From Burkholderiales bacterium (GTDB lineage: Bacteria; Pseudomonadota; Gammaproteobacteria; Burkholderiales; SG8-39): a DNA stretch of 32,409 nucleotides. The stretch covers positions 1 through 32,409 of the forward strand of contig DATLGR010000027.1 in the NCBI GenBank assembly GCA_035540415.1, read 5' to 3'. The position numbers and the translations under genes are program-made. Positions 19,947 to 28,621 of this stretch are shown here, piece after piece; the stretch's first letter is position 1; every line of letters begins with the position of its first letter. Below the pieces are notes generated by a model. That model ran no database searches. It was not told the DNA's origin and saw nothing but the letters and a program-made list of their open reading frames with translations.

Positions 19947-21051
19947 GCCCGTCCAGGAGGCGGCGCGCCAGCTCGCGATCTGCAACGCCTGCCGCTATTG
20001 CGAGGGCTACTGCGCGGTGTTTCCGGCGATGACGCGGCGCCTGGAGTTCGCGCGTGGCGACGTGCACTACCTCGCCAACCTGTGCCACAACTGCGGCGCC
20101 TGCCTGCACTCCTGCCAGTACGCGCCGCCGCACGAGTTCGCGGTCAACGTGCCGCAGGCCATGGCGCGGGTGCGCCTGCAGACCTACCGCGAGTACGCCT
20201 GGCCACGCTTCCTCGGCCGGCTCTACGACCATGCCGGCGCGACGGTGGCGCTCGCGCTGGCCGGCGGCCTCGCGCTCTTCCTGGTGCTCGCGGTGGCGCT
20301 GGGCGGCTCGCTCGTGCACGAGCCGCTCGCCGGCAATTTCTACGCCGTGTTCCCCCACAACCTGATGGTGTGGGTGTTCGGCGCCGCCTTCGGCTTCGCG
20401 CTGCTCGCGCTGGCGATCGGCACCGTGCGCTTCTGGCGCGACGTGTCTCCGGCACAGGCCGGGCACCGGGCAAGCGGCGCGGCGCTCGGCGAGGCGGCGC
20501 ACGACGCGCTGCGCCTCAAGTACCTCGACGGCGGCCACGGCGAGGGCTGCAACGAGGAAAGCGACCGCTTCACGCTCGCGCGGCGCCGCTACCACCACTT
20601 CACCTTCTACGGCTTCATGCTGTGCTTCGCGGCGACCTGCGTCGCGACCTTCTATCACTACGCGCTCGGCTGGCCCGCGCCGTACCCGGTGACGAGCCTG
20701 CCGGTGATGCTCGGCACGGTCGGCGGCATCGGCCTCCTGATCGGGCCGGCGGGGCTGCTGTGGCTCAACCACCGGCGCCACCCCGAGCACGGCGACCTGC
20801 GGCAGCGGCCGATGGACCGGGGCCTCATCTGGCTGCTGCTGCTCACGAGCGCCACCGGCCTGGCGCTGCTCGCGCTGCGCGACACGTCCTACATGGCGCT
20901 GCTCCTCGCGGTGCACCTGGGCGTGGTGCTGGCGCTGTTCCTCACGCTCCCCTACGGCAAGTTCGCGCATGCCACCTACCGCGGCGCGGCGCTCCTCAAG
21001 TGGGCGATCGAGAAGCGCATGCCCAACCCTTTCAGCCTGAAGGCGGATTGA
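19933..21051 (+). CDS. tcuB: Tricarballylate utilization 4Fe-4S membrane protein TcuB family
   Basis: Trimmed to ATG 19933, which has GGGGGAGGGGG just upstream and a 14-nt overlap with tcuA. It carries [24 protein letters not shown] and [24 protein letters not shown], two Cys clusters. Several hydrophobic helices follow, and it ends with the C-terminal LPYGKFAH. Confidence 0.85.
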   Translation: MQRTEPVQEAARQLAICNACRYCEGYCAVFPAMTRRLEFARGDVHYLANLCHNCGACLHSCQYAPPHEFAVNVPQAMARVRLQTYREYAWPRFLGRLYDHAGATVALALAGGLALFLVLAVALGGSLVHEPLAGNFYAVFPHNLMVWVFGAAFGFALLALAIGTVRFWRDVSPAQAGHRASGAALGEAAHDALRLKYLDGGHGEGCNEESDRFTLARRRYHHFTFYGFMLCFAATCVATFYHYALGWPAPYPVTSLPVMLGTVGGIGLLIGPAGLLWLNHRRHPEHGDLRQRPMDRGLIWLLLLTSATGLALLALRDTSYMALLLAVHLGVVLALFLTLPYGKFAHATYRGAALLKWAIEKRMPNPFSLKAD

Positions 21052-21053
21052 TC

Positions 21054-21581
21054 ATGACCCCAGCCTGGCCCGACGTGATCGTCAAGGTGCTCAAGGCGAA
21101 CGAGGTGCGCCTGGTCACCTACATCCCGGACAACGTGCTCGCGCCGCTCATCCGCAGCCTGCACGCCGACCGCGACTTCACCGTGATCTGCCCCGCGCGC
21201 GAGGAGGAGGCCGCGGGCATCGTCGCCGGCGCCTACCTCGCCGGGCTGCGCGGCATCACGCTCATGCAGACGAGCGGCTTCGCCACGCTGCCGAACGTGC
21301 TGGCCTCGCTCATCGTGCCCTACCAGATTCCGCTGCTGATGCTGATCTCCGAGCGCGGCACGATCGGCGACCACCAGCTCGGCCAGGCGATCGTGTGCCG
21401 CACCCTGCGCCCGGTGCTGCAGACGCTGGGCATCGAGCACTTCGCCATCGAGCGGCCGGAGGACGTCGAATTCGTCACCGACCGCATGATCAAGCAGGCT
21501 TTCTACACCCAGGCGCCGGCGGCCATGATCCTGTCGCCGCTGCTCACCAAGCGCGACGCGAAGCCCGGGAGCGACGGATGA
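21054..21581 (+). CDS. Thiamine-diphosphate enzyme, PYR (N-terminal) domain subunit; ComD / sulfopyruvate-decarboxylase-alpha-like
   Basis: This is the C-terminal 175 codons of track ORF 19998-21581, from ATG 21054. VKVLKANEVRLVTYIPDNVLAPLI, REEEAAGIVAGAYLAG (ThDP-activating Glu context) and LMQTSGFATLPNVLASL. The length and architecture match stand-alone alpha subunits of split ThDP decarboxylases. Confidence 0.75.
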   Translation: MTPAWPDVIVKVLKANEVRLVTYIPDNVLAPLIRSLHADRDFTVICPAREEEAAGIVAGAYLAGLRGITLMQTSGFATLPNVLASLIVPYQIPLLMLISERGTIGDHQLGQAIVCRTLRPVLQTLGIEHFAIERPEDVEFVTDRMIKQAFYTQAPAAMILSPLLTKRDAKPGSDG

Positions 21582-22144
21582 ACCGATTCGACCTGACGAA
21601 GCGGCTGGTGGCCCGGCTCAAGGACCGCGAGGCGGTGATCGGCGGCATCGGCAACACCAATTTCGACCTCTGGGCCTCGGGCCAGCGGCCGGAGAACTTC
21701 TACATGCTCGGCAGCATGGGGCTGGCCGCGCCCATCGCGCTCGGGGTCGCGCTCGCCCAGCCCGGGCGGCGCGTGTTCTGCCTGGAAGGCGACGGGTCGC
21801 TCCTCATGCAGCTCGGCGCGCTCGGCACCATCGCGGCCTGCGCGCCGCGGAACCTGGCGCTCGTGGTGTTCGACAACGGCATGTACCAGATCACCGGCAA
21901 GCAGCCGACGCTCACCGCCAGCACCGTGGACCTCGTCGCCATGGCGCGGGGCGCCGGCCTCGCGCAGAGCGAGTGGGCCGCCGACGAGGCGCAGTTCGAG
22001 CGCCTGGTGGAGCGCGCGCTCGCCGGCCCCGGCCCCTGGCTGATCGGCGCCAGGGTCGACGGCGCCCGGCCCGAGGGCGTCACCGAGCGCGATCCGGCCC
22101 GCATCCGCAGCCGCTTCATGGACGCGATGAAAGCGAGGCCTTGA
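21578..22144 (+). CDS. Thiamine-diphosphate enzyme, PP (C-terminal) domain subunit; ComE / sulfopyruvate-decarboxylase-beta-like
   Basis: From ATG 21578 (ATGA overlap). It carries the ThDP-Mg motif GDGSLLMQLGALGTIAACAPRNLALVVFDNGMYQ (GDG-X24-27-N). At 188 aa it has the size of a stand-alone beta subunit. Confidence 0.75.
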   Translation: MNRFDLTKRLVARLKDREAVIGGIGNTNFDLWASGQRPENFYMLGSMGLAAPIALGVALAQPGRRVFCLEGDGSLLMQLGALGTIAACAPRNLALVVFDNGMYQITGKQPTLTASTVDLVAMARGAGLAQSEWAADEAQFERLVERALAGPGPWLIGARVDGARPEGVTERDPARIRSRFMDAMKARP

Positions 22145-22145
22145 C

Positions 22146-23558
22146 ATGGCGAAGCTCCTGATCGACGGCGAATGGACGGCGGGCGAATCGGTCCAGCCGC
22201 TCACCGACAAGTACCGCGGCCGCGTCTACGGCGAGATGGCGCTCGCCTCGCCTGCGCAGGTGGAGCGCGCGGTCGGCGCCGCGCTTGCCGCGGTGAAGGC
22301 GGGCGCGCCCGCGCCCTACGAGCGCTACGCCATCCTCTCGCGCGCGGCGCGCCTCGTCGAGCGGCGCCTGGAGCGCCTCGTGGAGCTGATGCGCGACGAG
22401 GCCGGCTTCACGCGCGCCGACGGCGAGAACGAGGTGCGGCGCTGCGTGCAGACGCTCGAGCTTTCGGCGGAGGAGGCGAAGCGCCTGAACGGCGAGCTGG
22501 TGCCGATGCAGGCCGCCGCCGGCATGAAGAACCGCCTCGGATTCACGATCCGCGTGCCGCGCGGGGTGGTCTGCTGCATCACGCCGTTCAACTCGCCGCT
22601 CAACACCGTCGCGCACAAGGTGGCACCGGCGCTCGCCGGGGGCAACGCCGTGGTGCTGAAGCCCGCGAACCTCACGCCGCTCAGCGCGGTCGAGCTGTGC
22701 GAAGCGCTTCTGGAGTCCGGGCTGCCGCCGAGGCTGGTGCAGCTCGTGAACGGCCCCGGCGCGAGCGTCGGGCGGCAGCTCCTCGAGGACCAGCGCATCG
22801 CCTACTACGCCTTCACCGGCAGCACGCAGGTGGGCCGCGAGATCCAGCGGGCGGCGGGGCTGCGCGCCCTGCAGCTCGAGCTCGGCAGTATCGCGAGCAC
22901 CATCGTCTGCCACGACGCGGACATCGACATGGCGATCCCCAAGATCGTCAACGCGGGCTTTCGCAAGGCGGGGCAGGTATGCACCTCGGTGCAGCGGCTG
23001 TTCGTGGATGCGCGCATCGCCGGCCCGTTCCTGCAGAAATTCGTCGCGGCGGCGCGCGCGACCCGGGCGGGGGACCCCGCGGACCCGGCGACCGTCGTGG
23101 GGCCGATGATCAGCCGCGCGCACGCGGAGCGCGCCGCCGCGTGGGTGAACGAGGCGGTCGCGGGCGGGGCGAAGCTGCTGGCCGGCGGCACGCTCGAGGG
23201 CAGCGTCATGCCGCCGACCGTGCTCACCGGCGTGGCCCCCCACATGAAGGTCTACTGCGAGGAGATCTTCGCGCCGGTGGTGTCGGTGATCGAATTCGAC
23301 CGGCTCGACGAGGCCGTGGCGCAGGCGAACGACAGCCCCTTCGGCCTGGCGGCGGGGCTCTTCACCGCGAGCCTGCACACGGCGCTGCGGACGGCGCCGC
23401 GCCTGCAGTTCGGCGGCGTGCACGTCAACGAGGCTTCCAGCGCCCGGGTCGACGTCATGCCGTTCGGCGGCGTCAAGGACAGCGGCTACGGGCGCGAGGG
23501 ACCCGCGTACGCCATCCGGGAAATGACCGAGGAACGGCTGATCACGATCGCCTTCTAG
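22146..23558 (+). CDS. NAD(P)+-dependent aldehyde dehydrogenase
   Basis: 470 aa. FNSPLN (cf. the FN.P motif), VVLKPA, FTGST.VG, LELGS (catalytic Glu region), GQVCTSVQRLFV (catalytic Cys) and EEIFAPV. Confidence 0.9.
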   Translation: MAKLLIDGEWTAGESVQPLTDKYRGRVYGEMALASPAQVERAVGAALAAVKAGAPAPYERYAILSRAARLVERRLERLVELMRDEAGFTRADGENEVRRCVQTLELSAEEAKRLNGELVPMQAAAGMKNRLGFTIRVPRGVVCCITPFNSPLNTVAHKVAPALAGGNAVVLKPANLTPLSAVELCEALLESGLPPRLVQLVNGPGASVGRQLLEDQRIAYYAFTGSTQVGREIQRAAGLRALQLELGSIASTIVCHDADIDMAIPKIVNAGFRKAGQVCTSVQRLFVDARIAGPFLQKFVAAARATRAGDPADPATVVGPMISRAHAERAAAWVNEAVAGGAKLLAGGTLEGSVMPPTVLTGVAPHMKVYCEEIFAPVVSVIEFDRLDEAVAQANDSPFGLAAGLFTASLHTALRTAPRLQFGGVHVNEASSARVDVMPFGGVKDSGYGREGPAYAIREMTEERLITIAF

Positions 23559-25661
23559 ATGAGCTCCTCGTTCCCGCTCCGGGTCGCCGTGGACATCGGC
23601 GGCACCTTCACCGACGGCGTCGCCACGCTGTCGCCCTCGGGCCGCATCTGGGTCGGCAAGACCCCGACCACGCCCGAGGACCCCGGCGAAGCCGTCTCCA
23701 CGGTGATCCTCGACCTGCTGCGCCAGGTGGCGAGCTCGCTGCGCGGCGATGCGCCCAGCCTGGGGGAGGTGGTCCACGGCACCACCCTCATCACGAACAC
23801 GCTGATCGAGCGCAAGGGCGCGCGCACGGCGCTCGTCACGACGAGCGGGCACCGCGACCTGCTCGACATCGGCCGCGAATGGCGCTACGACATCTACGAT
23901 CTCGACCTCGTGCTGCCGGCGCCGCTCATCGCGCCGGCGGACCGCGTAAGCGCCGAGGAGCGCATCGGCGCCCGCGGCGAAGTGCTGCAGCCCCTCACCG
24001 CGCAGGAGCTCGAGCGCATCGCGCAGGCGCTGAAGGCGCTCGGCGTGCAGTCGGTGGCCGTGTCGCTCCTGCATGCCTATGTGAACGACGCCCACGAGCG
24101 CGCCATCGGCGCGCGGCTGCAGGACGCCCTGCCGGGCGTGGCGGTGTCGCTCTCCTGCGAAGTGGCGCGCGAGATCAAGGAGTTCGAGCGCACCTCGACG
24201 ACGTCCGCGAATGCCTACGTGAAGCCGATCGTGGCGGCGTACCTTCGCGAGCTCGAATCGCGCCTCCGGGAAATCGCCGACGGCGTGCCGCTTCGCATCA
24301 TGGTATCGAGCGGCGGCTTCACGTCCGCGCGCTCGGCGGCGCACACGCCCATCCTGCTGCTCGAGTCCGGCCCCGCCGCGGGCGTGCTCTCGGCGCTTAA
24401 CACGGCGCGCGGGAACGCCGTGGACCAGGTGCTCGCCTTCGACATGGGCGGCACCACCGCCAAGGCCTGCGTGGCGGTCGGCGGCGAGCCGCCGGTGGCG
24501 CATGCGTTCGAATGCGCCCGCGTGCAGCGCTTCAAGCGCGGCTCCGGCCTGCCGATCCTCATCCCCAGCATCGATCTCATCGAGATCGGGGCCGGCGGCG
24601 GCTCGATCGCCTACTGCAACGAGCTCGGGCTGCTCAACGTCGGGCCCGAATCCTCGGGCTCGGTTCCCGGCCCGGCCTGCTATGCGCGCGGCGGCACCGA
24701 GCCGACCGTGACCGACGCGGACCTGCTGCTCGGCTATCTCAGCGCCGACAACTTCCTCGGCGGCGAGATGAAGCTCGATGCCGCGCGGGCGCGCGAGGCG
24801 ATGCGCCGCCTGGCGGAGCGGCTCGGCGTGCAGCCCACCGAGGCCGCCTGGGGCATCCACGACATGGTGAACGAGAACATGGCGGCCGCGGCGCGCATCC
24901 ACATCGCCGAGAACGGGCACGACCCGCGCGAGTTCACCCTGGTGGCCACCGGCGGCGCCGGCCCGGTGCATGCGGCCGAAGTGGCGCGCAAGCTGCGCAT
25001 CCCGCGGCTGCTGGTGCCGATCGCCGCCGGCGCCGGCTCCTGCCTGGGCATGCTCGCCGCCCCCGCGCGCGTGGACCGCGCCTGGTCGAACCCGCAGCTG
25101 CTCGCCGAGATCGACTGGTCGCAGGTGGCGCAGAACCTGGAGCGCCTGCGGGCCGAGGCGCAGGCCGAGCTCGACACCGCGGGCGCCTCGGCGGTGGACT
25201 GGCGGCTCGGGGCCGACATGCGCTACTTCGGGCAGGGCGCGGAAGTGCCGGTGGCGCTGGCGTATGCACCGGTCACGCCCGAAACGGGCGCGGCGATCCT
25301 GCGGCTCTTCGAGGAGCAGTACCGCAAGCTCTACGGGCGCACCGTGCCCGGGGCGAAGCCTCAGGTGATCACCTGGCGGCTGACCGGGCGGGCGCAGGCC
25401 CGCGGCCACCGCTTCGCCTGGGGCGACGGCCGCGCACGCGAGGGCGGGGCGCGGCCCGGACGGCGCGAGATCTACCGGCCGCTCGCGCAGGCCTACGGCG
25501 AAGTGCCGGTGCTCGAGCGCTATTCGCTCGCCCCGGGCGCCGCGCTCCAGGGCCCGATGATCCTGGAGGAGCGCGAATGCACCATCGTCGTGCCGGTGAA
25601 GGCCGACGTGGAGATCCTGCCCGACCTCACCGTGTCCGTGACGCTGCGCGAGTTCGACTAG
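23559..25661 (+). CDS. Hydantoinase/oxoprolinase family, A (HyuA-like, ATP-binding) subunit
   Basis: 700 aa. VAVDIGGTFTDGV, HGTTLITNTLIERKGA, TSGHRDLLDIGRE, FDMGGTTAK, and ASKHA-fold motifs typical of N-methylhydantoinase A, 5-oxoprolinase and acetone-carboxylase beta. The ATG abuts the ALDH stop. Confidence 0.9.
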   Translation: MSSSFPLRVAVDIGGTFTDGVATLSPSGRIWVGKTPTTPEDPGEAVSTVILDLLRQVASSLRGDAPSLGEVVHGTTLITNTLIERKGARTALVTTSGHRDLLDIGREWRYDIYDLDLVLPAPLIAPADRVSAEERIGARGEVLQPLTAQELERIAQALKALGVQSVAVSLLHAYVNDAHERAIGARLQDALPGVAVSLSCEVAREIKEFERTSTTSANAYVKPIVAAYLRELESRLREIADGVPLRIMVSSGGFTSARSAAHTPILLLESGPAAGVLSALNTARGNAVDQVLAFDMGGTTAKACVAVGGEPPVAHAFECARVQRFKRGSGLPILIPSIDLIEIGAGGGSIAYCNELGLLNVGPESSGSVPGPACYARGGTEPTVTDADLLLGYLSADNFLGGEMKLDAARAREAMRRLAERLGVQPTEAAWGIHDMVNENMAAAARIHIAENGHDPREFTLVATGGAGPVHAAEVARKLRIPRLLVPIAAGAGSCLGMLAAPARVDRAWSNPQLLAEIDWSQVAQNLERLRAEAQAELDTAGASAVDWRLGADMRYFGQGAEVPVALAYAPVTPETGAAILRLFEEQYRKLYGRTVPGAKPQVITWRLTGRAQARGHRFAWGDGRAREGGARPGRREIYRPLAQAYGEVPVLERYSLAPGAALQGPMILEERECTIVVPVKADVEILPDLTVSVTLREFD

Positions 25662-25663
25662 CC

Positions 25664-27196
25664 ATGTTCAATGCCATCGAGCTCGAGATCCTGTGGAAGC
25701 GCCTCATCAGCGTGGTCGACGAGGCCGCCGCCGCCTTCGTGCGCACGTGCTTCTCCACGCTGGTGCGCGACGGCAACGACTTCGCCATCGTGCTGACCGA
25801 TGCACAGGGCCGCTCGCTCGCGCAGTCCAACATGAGCCTGCCCGGGTTCATCGGCTGCCTGCCGGCCACCGTGCGCCACTTCCTGGAGAAATATCCGCCG
25901 CCAGTCATGCGCGAAGGCGACGTCTTCATCACCAACGATCCGTGGAAGGGCTCCGGGCACATCCACGACGTCACCACGGTCACGCCGATCTTCCACCGCG
26001 GCCGGCTGGTCGCGTTCGCCGCCGTGGTGTCGCATCTGCCGGACATCGGCGGGCGCCTGCGCAGCAACTCCAGCCGGGAGATCTACGAGGAAGGGCTGCA
26101 GATTCCGCTGCTCAAGCTGCTCGACGCCGGGCAGCCGAACCAGGTGCTGATCGAGATGATTACGCAGAACATCCGCGTCCCCGACCAGGGCATGGGCGAC
26201 ATCTGGGCGCAGGTCTCGGCCTGCCGCATGATGGGCGAGCGGCTGCGCGGCCTCCTGGACAAGGTCGACCTCGAGGCCCTGGGGGCCGCGGTGCGCGCGC
26301 GCTCCGAGCAGGCGATGCGCGAGGCGATCCGCCGGCTGCCCGACGGCGTCTACACCTCCACGGTTCAGCACGACGGCTTCGAGGAGCCGATCGTCATCCG
26401 CTGCCAGCTCACCGTGCGCGGCGAGCGCATCGACATCGACTACGCCGGATCGAGCGCGCAGGTGGCCCGTGCCATGAACGTGGTGCCGATCTATACCTTC
26501 GCGTACACCGTCTATGGGCTGAAGGCGCTGCTCTGCCCCGACATCCCGAACAACGAGGGAAGCTTCCTGCCGATCACGACCCGGGCGCCGCTCGGCTCGA
26601 TCTTCAATCCGGTGTACCCGGCGGCCTCGGGCGGGCGCAGCGCCATCGGCCACCTGCTGCCGGCGGCGGTTTTCAAGGCGCTCGCCGACGTGCTGCCCGA
26701 CAAGGTATGGGCCGGGGGCTCGCCCAACTCCTCCATGACCATGTCGGGGGAGTATCGCGGCAGGCGCTACGCGGTGGTGAATTTCCTCAACGCAGGACAA
26801 GGCGCCACCGCCCGGCGGCCGGGCTACTCCGCGCTGTCGTTTCCGGCGAACCTCGGCAACACGCCGGTGGAAGTCATGGAGAGCCTTGCGCCGATCCGCG
26901 TCCTGCGCCGGGAAATCCGCCGCGGCAGCGGCGGCATCGGCCGGCACCGCGGCGGCGACGGCATCCGCTTCGAGTTCGAGCTGCTCGCCGACGCGAAGGA
27001 GGCGACGGCATCCTTCCTCATGACGCAGCTGAAGTCGGTGCCCGCAGGGCTCGCCGGCGGTGGTGCCGGCCAGCCCGGGCGGCTTTTCATCAACGGCACG
27101 CAAGTCGATCCCACCGAACCGAAGATCCTCCGGGGCGGCGATCGGGTCATCATGGAAACGGCCGGCGGCGGTGCGTACGGCGAGCCGCGGCCCTAG
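25664..27196 (+). CDS. Hydantoinase/oxoprolinase family, B (HyuB-like) subunit
   Basis: This is the C-terminal 510 codons of track ORF 24512-27196, from ATG 25664. IELEILWKRLISVVDEAAAAFVRTCFSTLVRDGNDFAIVLTD, GDVFITNDPW.G.GHIHDVT and SHLPDIGG are hydantoinase B signatures. Confidence 0.9.
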   Translation: MFNAIELEILWKRLISVVDEAAAAFVRTCFSTLVRDGNDFAIVLTDAQGRSLAQSNMSLPGFIGCLPATVRHFLEKYPPPVMREGDVFITNDPWKGSGHIHDVTTVTPIFHRGRLVAFAAVVSHLPDIGGRLRSNSSREIYEEGLQIPLLKLLDAGQPNQVLIEMITQNIRVPDQGMGDIWAQVSACRMMGERLRGLLDKVDLEALGAAVRARSEQAMREAIRRLPDGVYTSTVQHDGFEEPIVIRCQLTVRGERIDIDYAGSSAQVARAMNVVPIYTFAYTVYGLKALLCPDIPNNEGSFLPITTRAPLGSIFNPVYPAASGGRSAIGHLLPAAVFKALADVLPDKVWAGGSPNSSMTMSGEYRGRRYAVVNFLNAGQGATARRPGYSALSFPANLGNTPVEVMESLAPIRVLRREIRRGSGGIGRHRGGDGIRFEFELLADAKEATASFLMTQLKSVPAGLAGGGAGQPGRLFINGTQVDPTEPKILRGGDRVIMETAGGGAYGEPRP

Positions 27197-27205
27197 GAGA
27201 AGCGC

Positions 27206-27556
27206 TTGGAAGACATTCGCAGAATCGACCAGAACGCCCGCCGCAGCCGCGCCCTGGTGCACAATGGGCTTGTCTATCTTTCCGGCCAGGTGCCCGACGA
27301 CCGCTCCGGCGGGGTCGCCGACCAGGCGAGGCAGGTGCTGAAGAAGATCGACGACCTGCTCGCCCAGGCCGGGACCGGCAAGGCGCGGCTGCTGAGCGTG
27401 CAGGTGTGGCTGAGAACGATGGACGACTTTGCGGCGTTCAACGAAGTATGGGACGCCTGGGTGGTGCCGGGCGAGACCCCGGCGCGCTGCTGCGGCAAGG
27501 TCGAGATGAACGATCCGAAGTGCCGGGTCGAGATCGCGGCGCTCGCCGCGCTGTGA
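27206..27556 (+). CDS. RidA/YjgF/UK114-family protein (probable enamine/imine deaminase)
   Basis: 116 aa. The TTG start has AGGAGA 5 nt upstream. LVYLSGQV, and the PAR motif containing the Arg needed for imine deaminase activity (ETPARCCGKVEM...VEIAALA). Confidence 0.78.
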   Translation: MEDIRRIDQNARRSRALVHNGLVYLSGQVPDDRSGGVADQARQVLKKIDDLLAQAGTGKARLLSVQVWLRTMDDFAAFNEVWDAWVVPGETPARCCGKVEMNDPKCRVEIAALAAL

Positions 27557-27601
27557 AGCAATGACCGACGTCCCCGATTTCACAACGAGGAGGACACAAC
27601 A

Positions 27602-28621
27602 GTGAAGAAGGAAGCTCGCATGAAGCAGGGTTCCACCCAGCGCCGCCGCGCCCTGGCCGGCGTGGTCGCGCTCGCGCTGGCGCCGGTGCTCGCCGCCCCC
27701 GGCGCGATGGCGCAGGACGCGTATCCGTCGAAGCCGGTCCGGTTCATCGTGCCCTACGGCCCGGGCGGCGTATCCGACACGGTCGGGCGCATCCTCGCCT
27801 CGGGCCTCGGCAAGGCGATGAACGCGACGTTCGTGGTCGAGAACCGGGGCGGCGCCGGCGGCACGCTGGGGGGCAACATCACGGCGCAGTCGGCCCCCGA
27901 CGGCTACACCATCGTGCTCACCAGCCCGCCGATGACCGCCATCGCGCCGGCCACGATCGGGAGCATGCCGTACAAGCCCGCCACCGACCTGGTGGGCATC
28001 GGCACCGCCATCACCACCCCCAATATCCTGGTGGTGAACAACGACCTGCCGGCGAAGAACATCCGCGAGCTCATCGCCTATGGCAAGGGCGAGGGCCGGG
28101 GCAAGCTCTCCTACGGCTCCTCGGGCCCGGGCAGCACCGGGCATCTCTCGGCGACGGTGCTTCTCGGGGCGGCCGGCATCGAGATGCAGCACGTGCCCTA
28201 CAAGACCTCCGCCGCGGCCTTCCCGGACGTCATCTCCGGGCGCGTCTCCATGGCCTTCGACTCGCTGCCCTCGACGCTCGGCTTCGTGCGCGCCGGCAAG
28301 GTGCGCCCGATCCTCGTGATGTCCGAGCGGCGCTCGGCGCTGCTGCCCGACGTGCCGACGGCCGCCGAATCCGGCTTCCCGAACGCCACCCTGGTGTTCT
28401 GGATGGGCATCGAAGGTCCGGCCCGGATGCCGCAGCCGGTCATCGAGCGGCTGAGCGCCGGCCTGAAGGCGGCGATGGAGCTGCCGGAGGTCCGCGAGCA
28501 GATGGCCAACGTCGGCGCCGAGCCGTACTTCACGACGCCGGCCGAGTTCAAGGCCATCCGCGACCGCGACATCGAGCGCTACGGCAAGCTGGTGCGCGAC
28601 CTGGGCCTCAGCTCGCAGTGA
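27602..28621 (+). CDS. Bug-family (TctC-like) tripartite tricarboxylate transporter substrate-binding protein
   Basis: Signal peptide with an RRR motif, then YPSKPVRFIVPYGPGGVSDTVGRILA, ENRGGAGGTLG, PDGYT and SSGPGSTGHL, all hallmarks of Bug/TctC proteins. The GTG at 27602 has GAGGAGGA 7 nt upstream. An alternative ATG lies at 27620. Confidence 0.87.
   Translation: MKKEARMKQGSTQRRRALAGVVALALAPVLAAPGAMAQDAYPSKPVRFIVPYGPGGVSDTVGRILASGLGKAMNATFVVENRGGAGGTLGGNITAQSAPDGYTIVLTSPPMTAIAPATIGSMPYKPATDLVGIGTAITTPNILVVNNDLPAKNIRELIAYGKGEGRGKLSYGSSGPGSTGHLSATVLLGAAGIEMQHVPYKTSAAAFPDVISGRVSMAFDSLPSTLGFVRAGKVRPILVMSERRSALLPDVPTAAESGFPNATLVFWMGIEGPARMPQPVIERLSAGLKAAMELPEVREQMANVGAEPYFTTPAEFKAIRDRDIERYGKLVRDLGLSSQ

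Noticed and set aside
21054-22144. Coenzyme M biosynthesis (comDE) or acetolactate-synthase-type annotation
   Set aside because: No other com genes are present and the context is bacterial catabolism. Subunit sizes of 175 and 188 aa are far too small for acetolactate synthase or other full-length ThDP enzymes, which also carry a central domain.
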